Assembly (NCBI GenBank): GCA_963808625.1
Contig: CAWEHK010000019.1
Location: forward strand, 1 to 64,000
Direction of reading: 5' to 3'
DNA: 64,000 nucleotides
Source: an uncultured delta proteobacterium
GTDB taxonomy: Bacteria; Desulfobacterota; Syntrophobacteria; Syntrophobacterales; Syntrophobacteraceae
In this document: positions 20,892-29,759 of the stretch, one piece after another
How the letters are laid out: the number at the start of each line of letters is the position of its first letter
Numbering within the stretch: position 1 is the first letter of the stretch
Position numbers and translations under genes: made by a program
The notes under the pieces: model-generated
The model's input: only the letters and a program-made list of their open reading frames with translations
Database searches by the model: none
What the model was told of the DNA's origin: nothing

Positions 20892-22101
20892 GTGATCTTT
20901 ACGCTCGAAGCTCTGAGAGCCGCCTACGGTGACGCGCTGCTGCTGCACTTCGGGGACCCGAAAGCCCCCCGCCTCGCCGTCATCGATGGGGGGCCGCGCG
21001 GGGTCTATAACAGCGTCCTCAAACCCCGCCTGAACCAACTCATGCAGAACAAGAGGCGCCTCAGCGACGGTCAGCTGCCCATCCGCCTGCTCATGGTGAG
21101 TCATATCGATGATGATCACGTGAACGGCGTCCTCGCGATGGCGAATGAGCTTGCCGACATGACCGGCAAAAAGCCTTATCAGATCGAGTCCCTCTGGCAT
21201 AACAGCTTCGACGACATCCTCGGCAACAAGGGGCAGGAGTTGGCTGCTTCGCTGGAACCGTTTGTCAAAAACGTCCTGACCAAGGGCACGAATGCCGACG
21301 AACGCGCCGTTGAAGAACGCCCATGCCGCCCTCGTCATGGCGAGTGTCGGGCAGGGGCGCGACCTGCGCAACGCGGCGAAACGCCTGGGCTGGGATGTCA
21401 ATAAGGAATTTGGGGGCAAACTGGTGCGCCTGCCGAAGGAGGGCTTGAAGATCGTTCCCATCACCGACGGTCTGTCCCTCACACCGCTGGGGCCGCGCGA
21501 GACGAACGTGGAGAAGCTGCTTGCGCAGTGGGACAAGGAGATCAAGCAGATGGGGGTTGCCGTTGACGCCGCGCGCGCGGCGGAGTACGCCGACGAATCG
21601 GTCTTCAACTTGTCGAGCCTCATTATTCTTGCGGAGATGCTCGGCCATGACGGGAAATCCCGCCGTATGCTGCTTACCGGCGATGCGCGTGGCGATCACA
21701 TCATCGAGGGGCTGGAGGCCGCAGGGCTGATCGAGCACGGCAGATGTCATGTAGACCTTTTGAAACTGCCACACCACGGCAGCGACCGCAATCTCGAGCC
21801 GGCCTTCTTCGAGACTGTCACCGCTGATCACTATGTCATTTCCAGCAACGGCGACAAGTTCGACAATCCGGACAAGGATACGCTTGAATGGCTCGCCGCT
21901 GCCCGCAAGGGGGCGGGACATTTCACGGTCTACCTCACCTACCCGGTTCCGGAATTCAAGTACAAGAAACGGAAAGAGATCCGGAAGGAGATCCAGGCCT
22001 TCATCGACGCGGGCAGGCAGAGCGGCGACTATACCGTGGTCTGTCGTGCCCCGGATTCGTTGTCCGTCCGCATCGATCTTGGCGAACCGCTGAAGGAATG
22101 A
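20892..22101 (+). CDS. Metallo-beta-lactamase-fold hydrolase, ComEC/Rec2-like (frameshift near 21300)
   Basis: Motifs AAYGDALLL, VIDGGP, SHIDDDHVNG, NLSSLII, LLTGDARGD, LKLPHHGSDRN, ISSNGDKFDNPD. Confidence 0.88.
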
Positions 22102-22161
22102 GATGGCTGTCTGCCGTACAACATCGGGAGTTCAGGTCGAAGAGATTTATCCGACCGGCGA

Positions 22162-22577
22162 CTATGCACTGCTCAGCTTCTCGAACACCTCGGTGGCGGC
22201 TGTGGCGCAGAGCATGTCTTCCTCGACCGAGCCCCCACTGACCCCAATCCCGCCGATGATCCTGGGGCCGTGTTTTAAGGGAAACCCGCCGCCAAAGATA
22301 ACAACCCGGCCCCCGTCGGCATGACTGATCCCAAAGAGAGGTGCTCCCGGCTGAGCTAAAGGCGCCAGTTCATGGGTTGGTAATTTCAAAGCTACCACGG
22401 TGTAGGCCTTGTTAGCGAGATATCGATGCTCACCAGGAGGGCATCGTCCATGCGGTGTTGAGCCACCAGATTGCCGCCGGCATCCACCACGGCAATCACC
22501 ATTGGGACCCCGATTGCATTTGCCTTGGCACGCGCCGTGGCAATTAGGTCCAGGGCCAGATCGAGAGACATTTCCAT
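22162..22577 (-). CDS. GlcG/HbpS-like heme-binding protein (PduO C-terminal-domain type), frameshifted
   Basis: GVPMVIAVVDAGGNLVAQHRMDDA joins KAYT...GRVVIFGGGFPL...IGGIGVSGGSVEED. Confidence 0.85.
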
Positions 22578-22674
22578 ATCATTCCTCCAAAAAACCCTGC
22601 GCTGGAGTCAAATTCGAATTGCCCATGGAGCGCCGAGTTCCACGTAGGGTCTTGGTATCTCCTCTCCCTTGCAG

Positions 22675-24077
22675 CTAGATAATGCGAAAGGCGTCGACCA
22701 GGGTGCAGCGCCGGACGCGAGTGAAGGTCCTGGCCGAAGTCAATCCTTCGCCCGTCGGGCCGGCAATGGTGAATGAAGTGTGGCCCTCGCCTCCCATACC
22801 AATTCCCGCGTAGGAAGGTCCGTTCTTCACGAAGATTGTGGTCTGCACGGCTCGCGCGAACGCGGTCATATACTCAACATGATTGGAGTGCATGATGGCC
22901 GTATGCCGATTCCCCTGTTCCACTTTCACCCCAAATTCGATGCCGTCACTCACGTCTCTCACGTGCACGATGGGCATGACAGGCATCATCTGTTCCAACC
23001 ATACGAGGGGGTGGTCTCTTTCCGCTTCAAAAATGGCCAAGCGGCACTCTTCTCCCACCTCGATCCCGATATCCTTGAGAATCACTTGCACGTTCTTGCC
23101 AATATACGCCGTGTTGATTTTCCCCTCGGGCGTCACCACCAGCCTGGTGACTTCGTCAGCCTGAGAAGGTGTCAGCGGATAGACCTTGCCCGTCTCGAGC
23201 ATAAAGCTGATCAGGGCATCGGCAACGGAACTGACAACGATCACCTCCTTTTCACAGGTGCAAAAGATGTTGTTGTTGATGCTTGCGCCATTAACGATGG
23301 AAGTCGCTGCTCGTCGGATGTTGGCCGTATCATCCACGAGTGCCGGAGGATTGCCGGCGCCGGCCCCAATGGCTTTCTTGCCTGAACGAAGGACAACATT
23401 GACCACCGGCCGGCCACCTGTAGCGACCAGCATATTGATTTTGGGATGTTCGATGAGTTCCTTGGCGGTGTTCAGGTCGGGCTGGGAAATGCAGGAAATC
23501 AAACCCGGCGGTCCTCCTGCCCGAACAATGGCTTCGTGAAGGAGGCGAAGGTAAGAGTGCTGGTTTCGCGGGCACTGGGGTGAGGGTTAAAGACTACGGA
23601 GTTCCCGGCTGCCACCATGCTGATGGTGTTGTTGATTACCGTACCCGTGGGATTGGTTATCGGCGTTAACGAACCGATGACGCCACGGGGAGCGTATTCA
23701 ACCAGGGTGAGGCCATCGTCGCCGCTGTATGCGCGCGGCTCGATGTCCTCCGTACCCGGGGTCTTGGTGGCGCAGAGGATGTTTTCCCGCAGCTTGTCCT
23801 CATAACGGCCAAGCCCGGATTCTTTCACCGCCAGGGCAGAAATCTTCTCATTGTTATCTAAAGCGGCCTGACGGATGGCCGCTATGATTTTGTCACGATG
23901 GCTCAAAGGCAGCTCCAGGAGCCTCTTTTGCGCTGCTGCGGCATTTTCCACCGCTTCATCCACGGTCTCGAAAATACCTGTGGGACCTTGATCCCGAACC
24001 ATCTTGTCTGCGATCATTTCCGACAATACTTTTTTGACCACAGTTGCAATGAGCTCATGGTTGGTTTCCACTGCCAT
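22675..24077 (-). CDS. pduP: CoA-acylating aldehyde dehydrogenase PduP/EutE (frameshift near 23520)
   Basis: Motifs TPGTEDI, GDDGLTLVE, TPITNP, FNPHPSA, VATGG, GAGAGNPP, NNIFCTCEKE, HTAIMHS, FTIAGPTGEG; N-terminal encapsulation peptide. Confidence 0.92.
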
Positions 24078-24254
24078 GCCTCCCTTTACACGATTCTTGA
24101 GCCACTTAACGCTTTGGCGTTGACCGCTTTGGCCTGTATCTGTAAGGCGCTTTCGTTTCTTCCCGAAGCGCCGTTAATACATGATTCCCAGGGCGAGCTG
24201 TTGAGGGACGCCAGCCAGTTTCCATCCGGAAATTCCGGATATCTGAATTTGGAC

Positions 24255-24333
24255 TGTAGGGGAGGGGTTTATCCCCTCCCGAACTATGCTGAAATCATTA
24301 CCAATTGCGGGCGGACATAAAGTCCGCCCCTAC
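24255..24333. repeat. GTAG-type REP doublet (REPIN-like)
   Basis: gtaggggaggggtttatcccctccc ... gggcggacataaagtccgcccctac; a related inverted copy lies at 36129-36201. Confidence 0.75.
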
Positions 24334-24374
24334 GCTCGTCACATTCGAGCAATGGGTTTCCGGATGGACGCAGG

Positions 24375-24956
24375 CTAGTCTTCGGCGGAAGCGATGATAA
24401 TAGCTCCGGAAAGAATGGCCGTGAATTCATGAAGAATGACACAACCCTCTCTGAGTAAGGCCTGTTCCAACCTTCTTTCAAGATGAGACATCCAATAAAG
24501 CCCCTTCGGTTTTGCTCGAAGCAGGGGCTTGATCCATGCGGCCAGCCTTTCCATTTCCGCCAGGGCGTCCAGCACGGGTTGAGCCACGGCTTCATCTTCT
24601 TCGACACTGCCGCCACTGACTCCAATCCCGCCCGCCACTTGCTCTCGCACCCTCAAGGGGAAGCCGCCACCAAAGAGGACGATCTTTCCGGGATGAGTAT
24701 GTTGAATGCCGTAGAGCGGGTTTCCCGGAAGCGCCATTTGTCCCAGTTCACGGGTCGACATCCGCAGGGCTGCGGCAGTATAAGCCTTGGCAATGGCGAT
24801 CTCCGTGCTTGCGGGCAGGGTGCCTTCCATCCTTGCAAAGTACTGCAGCAGACCTTCGTGGTCCACAATGGCTATGGCCATAGCCAGTTCCATCTCTGCG
24901 GCGGCGCTTTCGGCAACCGCGCCCAAAATGCGGGATAAGGGGAAGGGAATCTTCAT
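24375..24956 (-). CDS. GlcG/HbpS-like heme-binding protein (PduO C-terminal-domain type)
   Basis: AIAIVDHEG...RMEG...IAIAKAYTA...LYGI...FGGGFPL...GGIGVSGGSVEED. Confidence 0.88.
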   Translation of the reverse strand: MKIPFPLSRILGAVAESAAAEMELAMAIAIVDHEGLLQYFARMEGTLPASTEIAIAKAYTAAALRMSTRELGQMALPGNPLYGIQHTHPGKIVLFGGGFPLRVREQVAGGIGVSGGSVEEDEAVAQPVLDALAEMERLAAWIKPLLRAKPKGLYWMSHLERRLEQALLREGCVILHEFTAILSGAIIIASAED

Positions 24957-24959
24957 GGA

Positions 24960-25553
24960 TCAGGTCCTTCCCTTGGCGGGTGGATTGGCAGCGGCCATGA
25001 GCTCGCCGCAGACTCGTTCCACGGCAGCCATGACCGTTGTTGACCACGCCAGGACGAAGAGCAGGTCGCTCAAACGATTGAAATACACGATCAGTTGTTC
25101 GTATGCCCCAGTGGTGCGGTTGAGACTGATGATCAAACGCTCGACCCGGCGGCACACGGAGCGAGCCAGGTGGAGCGCGCCGCTCTCAAGGGATGCGCCG
25201 GGAATGACAAAACCGGCCGGCATCCCATACTGGTCAGCCATCTGATCGATCCAGGCTTCCAGTCTGTCCACATCCTTTGTGGTGAGGCGATTGTTCAGTT
25301 GAGACAGCCGTTCCGACGTTGACGCCAGTTCGGCGCCAGCCACAAAGAGATCTCGCTGCAGAGCATGCAGGATGGTCGATAGATGCTCTTCCCGGAGCAG
25401 ACTTCGGGCCATGCCGAGATGGGATTGGAGCTCATCCACAGCCCCGTATGTGTTGACGCGGAGGTCATCCTTCGCGACCGTCTCGCCGCTCAGGAGCTTA
25501 GTCTGTCCCCGATCGCCGAAACGAGTATAAATCTTCCACGAACCATCAGCCAT
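24960..25553 (-). CDS. pduO: ATP:cob(I)alamin adenosyltransferase, PduO type
   Basis: Motifs KIYTRFGDRGQT, YGAVDELQS, FVIPG, ARSVCRRVER, YFNRLSDLLF. Confidence 0.93.
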   Translation of the reverse strand: MADGSWKIYTRFGDRGQTKLLSGETVAKDDLRVNTYGAVDELQSHLGMARSLLREEHLSTILHALQRDLFVAGAELASTSERLSQLNNRLTTKDVDRLEAWIDQMADQYGMPAGFVIPGASLESGALHLARSVCRRVERLIISLNRTTGAYEQLIVYFNRLSDLLFVLAWSTTVMAAVERVCGELMAAANPPAKGRT

Positions 25554-25570
25554 CAGTAACCCGCTTTACC

Positions 25571-25849
25571 TCAATCGAGCTCTTCGACATCGATATGGTC
25601 AATGATCCCGACAATCGTAGCGTCCACCGGGCAGTCATTGTCGTCCACTGCTTTCCGGGCGCCGCTTCCCGTCACCAGGATGACCCGTTCGCCGACTCCG
25701 GCGCCAACGGCATCGACGGCAACAAAAGGATCACCCTTCGGGACCAGCCCTTGGTGATCCAGAGGCTGAACAATTTGGATCTTGCTCCCCACCAGGCGTT
25801 CGTGCTTGCGGGTGGCGACGAGAGTCCCAATCACTTTTGCAATCAGCAT
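25571..25849 (-). CDS. pduN: BMC pentamer vertex protein PduN/EutN/CcmL
   Basis: MLIAKVIGTLVATRK...VAVDAVGAGVGERV...GSGAR...PVDATIVGIID. Confidence 0.93.
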   Translation of the reverse strand: MLIAKVIGTLVATRKHERLVGSKIQIVQPLDHQGLVPKGDPFVAVDAVGAGVGERVILVTGSGARKAVDDNDCPVDATIVGIIDHIDVEELD

Positions 25850-25896
25850 AACAAATGCCTTCCTGGGTTGAACCTGCCGGATTTTCCGGCAGGCTT

Positions 25897-26715
25897 TTAT
25901 TCTGACCGGTTCTTATCAGTCCTGACCATAAGCCCGTACCGCCTGGCCAGGTCCTGGGCCAGGGGTGTCATTCGGGACGCAAGATCCACGTCCAGGTTCG
26001 TCCCCAGGCGCTGGGCGTGCAAAACTTCGGCGGCAGTCACAAAGCGCCTGGAACTGCCAGGCCTTGAGGCCGCGAGCGTGCCCGTGAGACCCCGTTGCCT
26101 CAGCTCCGGGATGTTTTCACCAAGCAGCACGGATTGCACTGTCTCTCTTAGTTCGCGTACGCCGGTCAAGACGCAGCCATATTGCTCCACCGTTCGCAGA
26201 CGCTGAATAACGGCCCGCATCAAGGCAGCATTTCCTTTATGGAACCCGAGCTCTTCCCGTCCCTTGGCTCGAAGATCGGCGCCATTGGTGGCCATGACGA
26301 CGGGTTTTCCCATGAGCAGAGCATGCAGGATGAGGTTGGTAACGGTGTTGTCGGCAAGCAAGAGAGACAGCTTGGAAAGGGTGTTAAGGCTCAGCAGGGG
26401 CACCACCACGGCGCGGGCGTTCCTCAAGGCGGTGAGCCACGTCGTGGACTCAACCAGGCTGACATGGGGTAAACCATCGAGCTGCTGCTTGATTGCCGAG
26501 GAGACGAGGTGTTCCGCAGCCTGGGTAAAAGCCAACCGGACCTGAAATCCATCCAGGATGAGCCCGAAGACCTGGATGGCCGCTTCGCGAAACTCCACGG
26601 TTGCGGCAGTAAAGGCCACAATCAGCTCGCCCTTGTCGCCGGTTGCTCCGAGACGCCGAGCCACCCTTTCAATGACTTTTGCGACAATTTCCTGGAGACG
26701 CTCTTCCATGATCAT
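25897..26715 (-). CDS. BMC-associated flavoprotein (HFCD-like) with N-terminal encapsulation peptide
   Basis: VVPLLSLNTLSKLSLLLADNTVTNLILHALLMGKPVV flavoprotein segment; C-terminal TPLAQDLAR motif; EERLQEIVAKVIERV helix. Confidence 0.75.
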   Translation of the reverse strand: MIMEERLQEIVAKVIERVARRLGATGDKGELIVAFTAATVEFREAAIQVFGLILDGFQVRLAFTQAAEHLVSSAIKQQLDGLPHVSLVESTTWLTALRNARAVVVPLLSLNTLSKLSLLLADNTVTNLILHALLMGKPVVMATNGADLRAKGREELGFHKGNAALMRAVIQRLRTVEQYGCVLTGVRELRETVQSVLLGENIPELRQRGLTGTLAASRPGSSRRFVTAAEVLHAQRLGTNLDVDLASRMTPLAQDLARRYGLMVRTDKNRSE

Positions 26716-27596
26716 AGGGTTTTCCGCATATCATGCGCCTTTTCCCTTGCCGTCTTCAGGCAACTCAGGGCGATCCCGAGGGGCGTGACCAACAGCGGAT
26801 TAACCGGTCGTTCCACCGGCAGGCCGGTTTCCGCTTCAATGATCTGTTCGATGCCCGGGAAACAGCTCGTACCACCCACCAGATAAAGCGATGCCACGGG
26901 GTGTTGCCGCAGATGATGGCTGATGATGCTTGCCATCTTTTGAAACACGGGAGTGATCATGGGAAAGATGGTGGCCTGCTGTTTCGGATCGGTCTTTATT
27001 TTCTCCGCCTCATCGGTACTGATTTTGTGATGTCCGGCGATCACCAGGTCGACATGGATCCCGCCGGTGGCTTCATCAGCGGTGTAAACCACTTCTCCAT
27101 CCCGGATCACGGAAATACCGGTGGTGCCGCCGCCGATATCCACGACCGCGCCATCCGTGATCTCCAAGACCAGGGAAGCCGCCGTCGGCTCATCAATGAG
27201 TCCGGCTGCTTCGAGACCAGCGGCCTCCAGAACGTTCGCGAAAGTCTGGGCGTTGCGTCCGGTGGTGCCGGGAGGATAGGCTGCCGCTGCGAGTCTGATG
27301 GGGAACCCCGCTTCATGGAGCAGTCTTACTTGTTGGCGAACGATGGTGATGGCGCCGAGGTAATCCAGGACCAACCCGTCTCTTATGCTGGATCGGCTCC
27401 GGGTGAGCGCTCCGGCAACGGGTTTGCCGGCAGCGTCCACAACCGCCGTAACCGTGTAGGCCGTCCCCAGGTCCACACCGGCAAACAGCGGATCCCGGCG
27501 CGTGCCGCTCCCGTTAAGTGCCAGGGAAGATGCAAAGGCTAAAAGAGTTGATTTGCTGAATCTTTGATCTTCAAAATATCTCCAGATGTGCCTCAA
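26712..27596 (-). CDS. eutJ: EutJ-like actin/Hsp70-fold ATPase
   Basis: Motifs GVDLGTA, IRDGLVLDY, IDEPTAA, VVDIGGGTTG, DEATGG, LYLVGGT, LVTPLGIA; exact start uncertain. Confidence 0.88.
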   Translation of the reverse strand: MRHIWRYFEDQRFSKSTLLAFASSLALNGSGTRRDPLFAGVDLGTAYTVTAVVDAAGKPVAGALTRSRSSIRDGLVLDYLGAITIVRQQVRLLHEAGFPIRLAAAAYPPGTTGRNAQTFANVLEAAGLEAAGLIDEPTAASLVLEITDGAVVDIGGGTTGISVIRDGEVVYTADEATGGIHVDLVIAGHHKISTDEAEKIKTDPKQQATIFPMITPVFQKMASIISHHLRQHPVASLYLVGGTSCFPGIEQIIEAETGLPVERPVNPLLVTPLGIALSCLKTAREKAHDMRKTL

Positions 27597-28214
27597 TCAG
27601 AGTTCTTTTCCCGAGAGACTGAGGAGCGAGGTTTCCGCCGCTTTCGCGGCCCGCGCTACATCCGATTCCTTTCCGCTGATGTACAGGCGGCCCACGGCGC
27701 CAAACGAGCGACAGTCAACCAGGGTGATCGGGGCGTTCTTCTCCGCTTCGTTGGCGGCAAGGGTGATGTACCCGGCAGGTTGGACCTCGAGGATATAGAG
27801 GTCCTGGCCCGGCAGGAGCATGGAGCACAGGCGCGAGACATTGACCATCTGGGCATGATAGTCGTTGACTTTATGGATGATTTGAGAGCTCAGGATCTGC
27901 GGTTTGACGCGGTCCTCGGGCTTCATCCCGAGGGATGTCAGCACCGCGTGGCCGGCATGCTGCACCTCGGCTTGCGCCTTGGAATGAAATTCGAGCACGC
28001 CGAAATGACGTTCCACCACCATCAGTCCCGGGCGTACGTTGGCGGCTTTGAGGGCCGCATCCGTGAGCTGGTTGATGAGCACGCCGGGCGCAATTTCCAC
28101 GAGAATTGAGGCCATACCCACCACCGGCAGATAACCCCGGGCGTTCGCCCCGAGGTAGGCGGCGAATTGAGGTTGCAGTCGATCCAAATACACGTAAGCT
28201 CGGAGCTCAACCAT
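27597..28214 (-). CDS. Tandem-domain BMC shell protein, BMC-T(dp) class (CcmP/CsoS1D-like)
   Basis: ELRAYVYLDRLQPQFAAY, VEIAPG, VVERHFGVLE, EVQPAGY..LAANEAEK, GAVGRLYISG match the double-stacking trimer class. Confidence 0.85.
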   Translation of the reverse strand: MVELRAYVYLDRLQPQFAAYLGANARGYLPVVGMASILVEIAPGVLINQLTDAALKAANVRPGLMVVERHFGVLEFHSKAQAEVQHAGHAVLTSLGMKPEDRVKPQILSSQIIHKVNDYHAQMVNVSRLCSMLLPGQDLYILEVQPAGYITLAANEAEKNAPITLVDCRSFGAVGRLYISGKESDVARAAKAAETSLLSLSGKEL

Positions 28215-28350
28215 GAAGCTCTCCTCTTTGGTTTCCCTGCCTAAAGTGATCACTCGCCCTTAAGCGCTTGAAATCCCCCCAGTGGAATTTGGCAGGAGCT
28301 GCGCAAAAACAAAATACCTTCTTTCACCACATTCTATTCGCCGCTTGAGC

Positions 28351-28835
28351 TCAAGTCTTGGAAGTCTTCTTTCCTTCCGATCTTCCCGACTTCCCCTTTG
28401 GGGGCTTCCTGGACCTTGGCGCCTTGCTTCCTGAGGATGGCGGAGCAGGGAGCATGGCGGGTTCTCCCTTCGATGCAGCTCCAGGAGTCTCTTTCAGGCT
28501 TTCGTCCATCGGCGACGCTGTAGTCGAGGGCACGCTCGCTCCGCGCTCTCATCAGGGCGTTCAGGCCCAGGCGCATCAAGGTGCAGTTGCCGATCCGGCC
28601 TGGGAATCACATGCGTGGAGATCACCTTCCCAACCTTTTCCGCCGCTGCTGCACCCGCTGCGACCGCCGCCTTGACCGCACCCACATCGCCGGAAAGCTT
28701 CACTGTGACCAGACCACCCCTCGCCGTCTCAAAGCCGAGCAGCGAGACCATCGCGGCCTTGCTCGCGGCATCTGCGGCAACGACGGCCGGGACAAATCCC
28801 CACGTTTCGATCAGTCCTAGACTCTGACCTTTCAT
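28351..28835 (-). CDS. BMC-H shell protein with C-terminal extension (PduK-like), frameshifted
   Basis: SLGLIETWG...ADAASKAA...[10 protein letters not shown]...HVIPRP, then a Pro/Ser/Lys-rich tail in ORF 28351-28533. Confidence 0.8.
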
Positions 28836-28865
28836 CCTTCTTCCTTATTCTGATGATCTCCTAAG

Positions 28866-29275
28866 GTACTGCACCGCAGAATACAGTGTCCATTACCCCG
28901 GTCGTCATTCCCGCATGCTTTTAGCGGGAATCCAGAGAATTTGCCCAGCCTGGATTCCCGCCAGAAACACGCGGGAATGACGAGTGGCATTCGGACACTC
29001 ATTTATGCGGAGGTGTACTCAGTAAACCACTGCACAATAAAGTGTCCGAATACTTGTAGCCTCGTAGGTTGGGTTTCGTTCCTCACCATGATTGCGGTTC
29101 ACAACGCCGGGATTGATCGAGGAACGAAACCCAACATTCTGCTTCATTCGGTCGGCCTTTGTTGGGTTTCGCTCCCCGGATGCTCCACGATTGTGTGCGT
29201 GTTTCGTAACGGAACGAAACCCAACCTACGCAGGTACGCATCGAGCTTGGGCACGCTTTTGTGCGGCGCTGTACT
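28866..29275. mobile_element. Two adjacent MITE-like units (28866-29019 and 29021-29275) with related ends
   Basis: Both have imperfect IRs of the form GTA(C)...GCA...GTGYCC. Unit 1 carries a GTCATTCCCGC palindrome; unit 2 carries GTAGGTTGGGTTTCG...CGAAACCCAACCTAC REPs. Confidence 0.7.
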
Positions 29276-29285
29276 TGGTTCGATA

Positions 29286-29759
29286 TCATGACCTGTCGGC
29301 AGTATGGAAATTGGGATCATTGAGCAGTTCCTCCAGAATCCCGATGATCAGGTCTTCCAAGCTGTTGGGTAAATTCCTGAGCGTCTGTTGGCTGTCCGCA
29401 GCAGCTGGCGCTTCATAACCCAGTGCCAGCGGTTGCCTCTTGACCAGGCGTGCCGCATTCATCCCCAGGCGACGCAAGGGGGCGGGCTTGAGAGGCTCGA
29501 CTTTAATAGAAAGCAAGGGAGCCTCCGTCGGCAGATCGCGATGGTGAAGCACCACTTCGCCGCCCGCCCCTATGGCTATGCCAACATCCAGTGGCGAGCC
29601 ATTGGCGGCCTGTCCGGCAAGATCCCGAACCACTCCATCCGAGGTGTCCCGAACTTCGAAGGGAATGCCTTCTTCCTCGAGCCCCCAAAGGATTGGTTGA
29701 TAAGCTTCTTCTGCAACAAATGGGCTCCTGAAAATCCACACGGCGGGATGCCGATTCAT
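29286..29759 (-). CDS. pduH: Diol dehydratase reactivase beta subunit PduH
   Basis: ILWGLEEEGIPF, SPLDVGIAI, LHHRDLP, RRLGMNAARLVKRQP; ATGA overlap with the pduG end. Confidence 0.88.
   Translation of the reverse strand: MNRHPAVWIFRSPFVAEEAYQPILWGLEEEGIPFEVRDTSDGVVRDLAGQAANGSPLDVGIAIGAGGEVVLHHRDLPTEAPLLSIKVEPLKPAPLRRLGMNAARLVKRQPLALGYEAPAAADSQQTLRNLPNSLEDLIIGILEELLNDPNFHTADRS

Noticed and set aside
24960..24962. Selenocysteine at the in-frame UGA after pduO
   Set aside because: It is a linker position with no Cys counterpart, no convincing SECIS hairpin was seen, and the next ORF has its own RBS.
29060..29230. Repeated GTTGGGTTTCG/CGAAACCCAAC units as a CRISPR array
   Set aside because: The copies alternate in orientation like REPs, spacing is irregular, and there are no cas genes.
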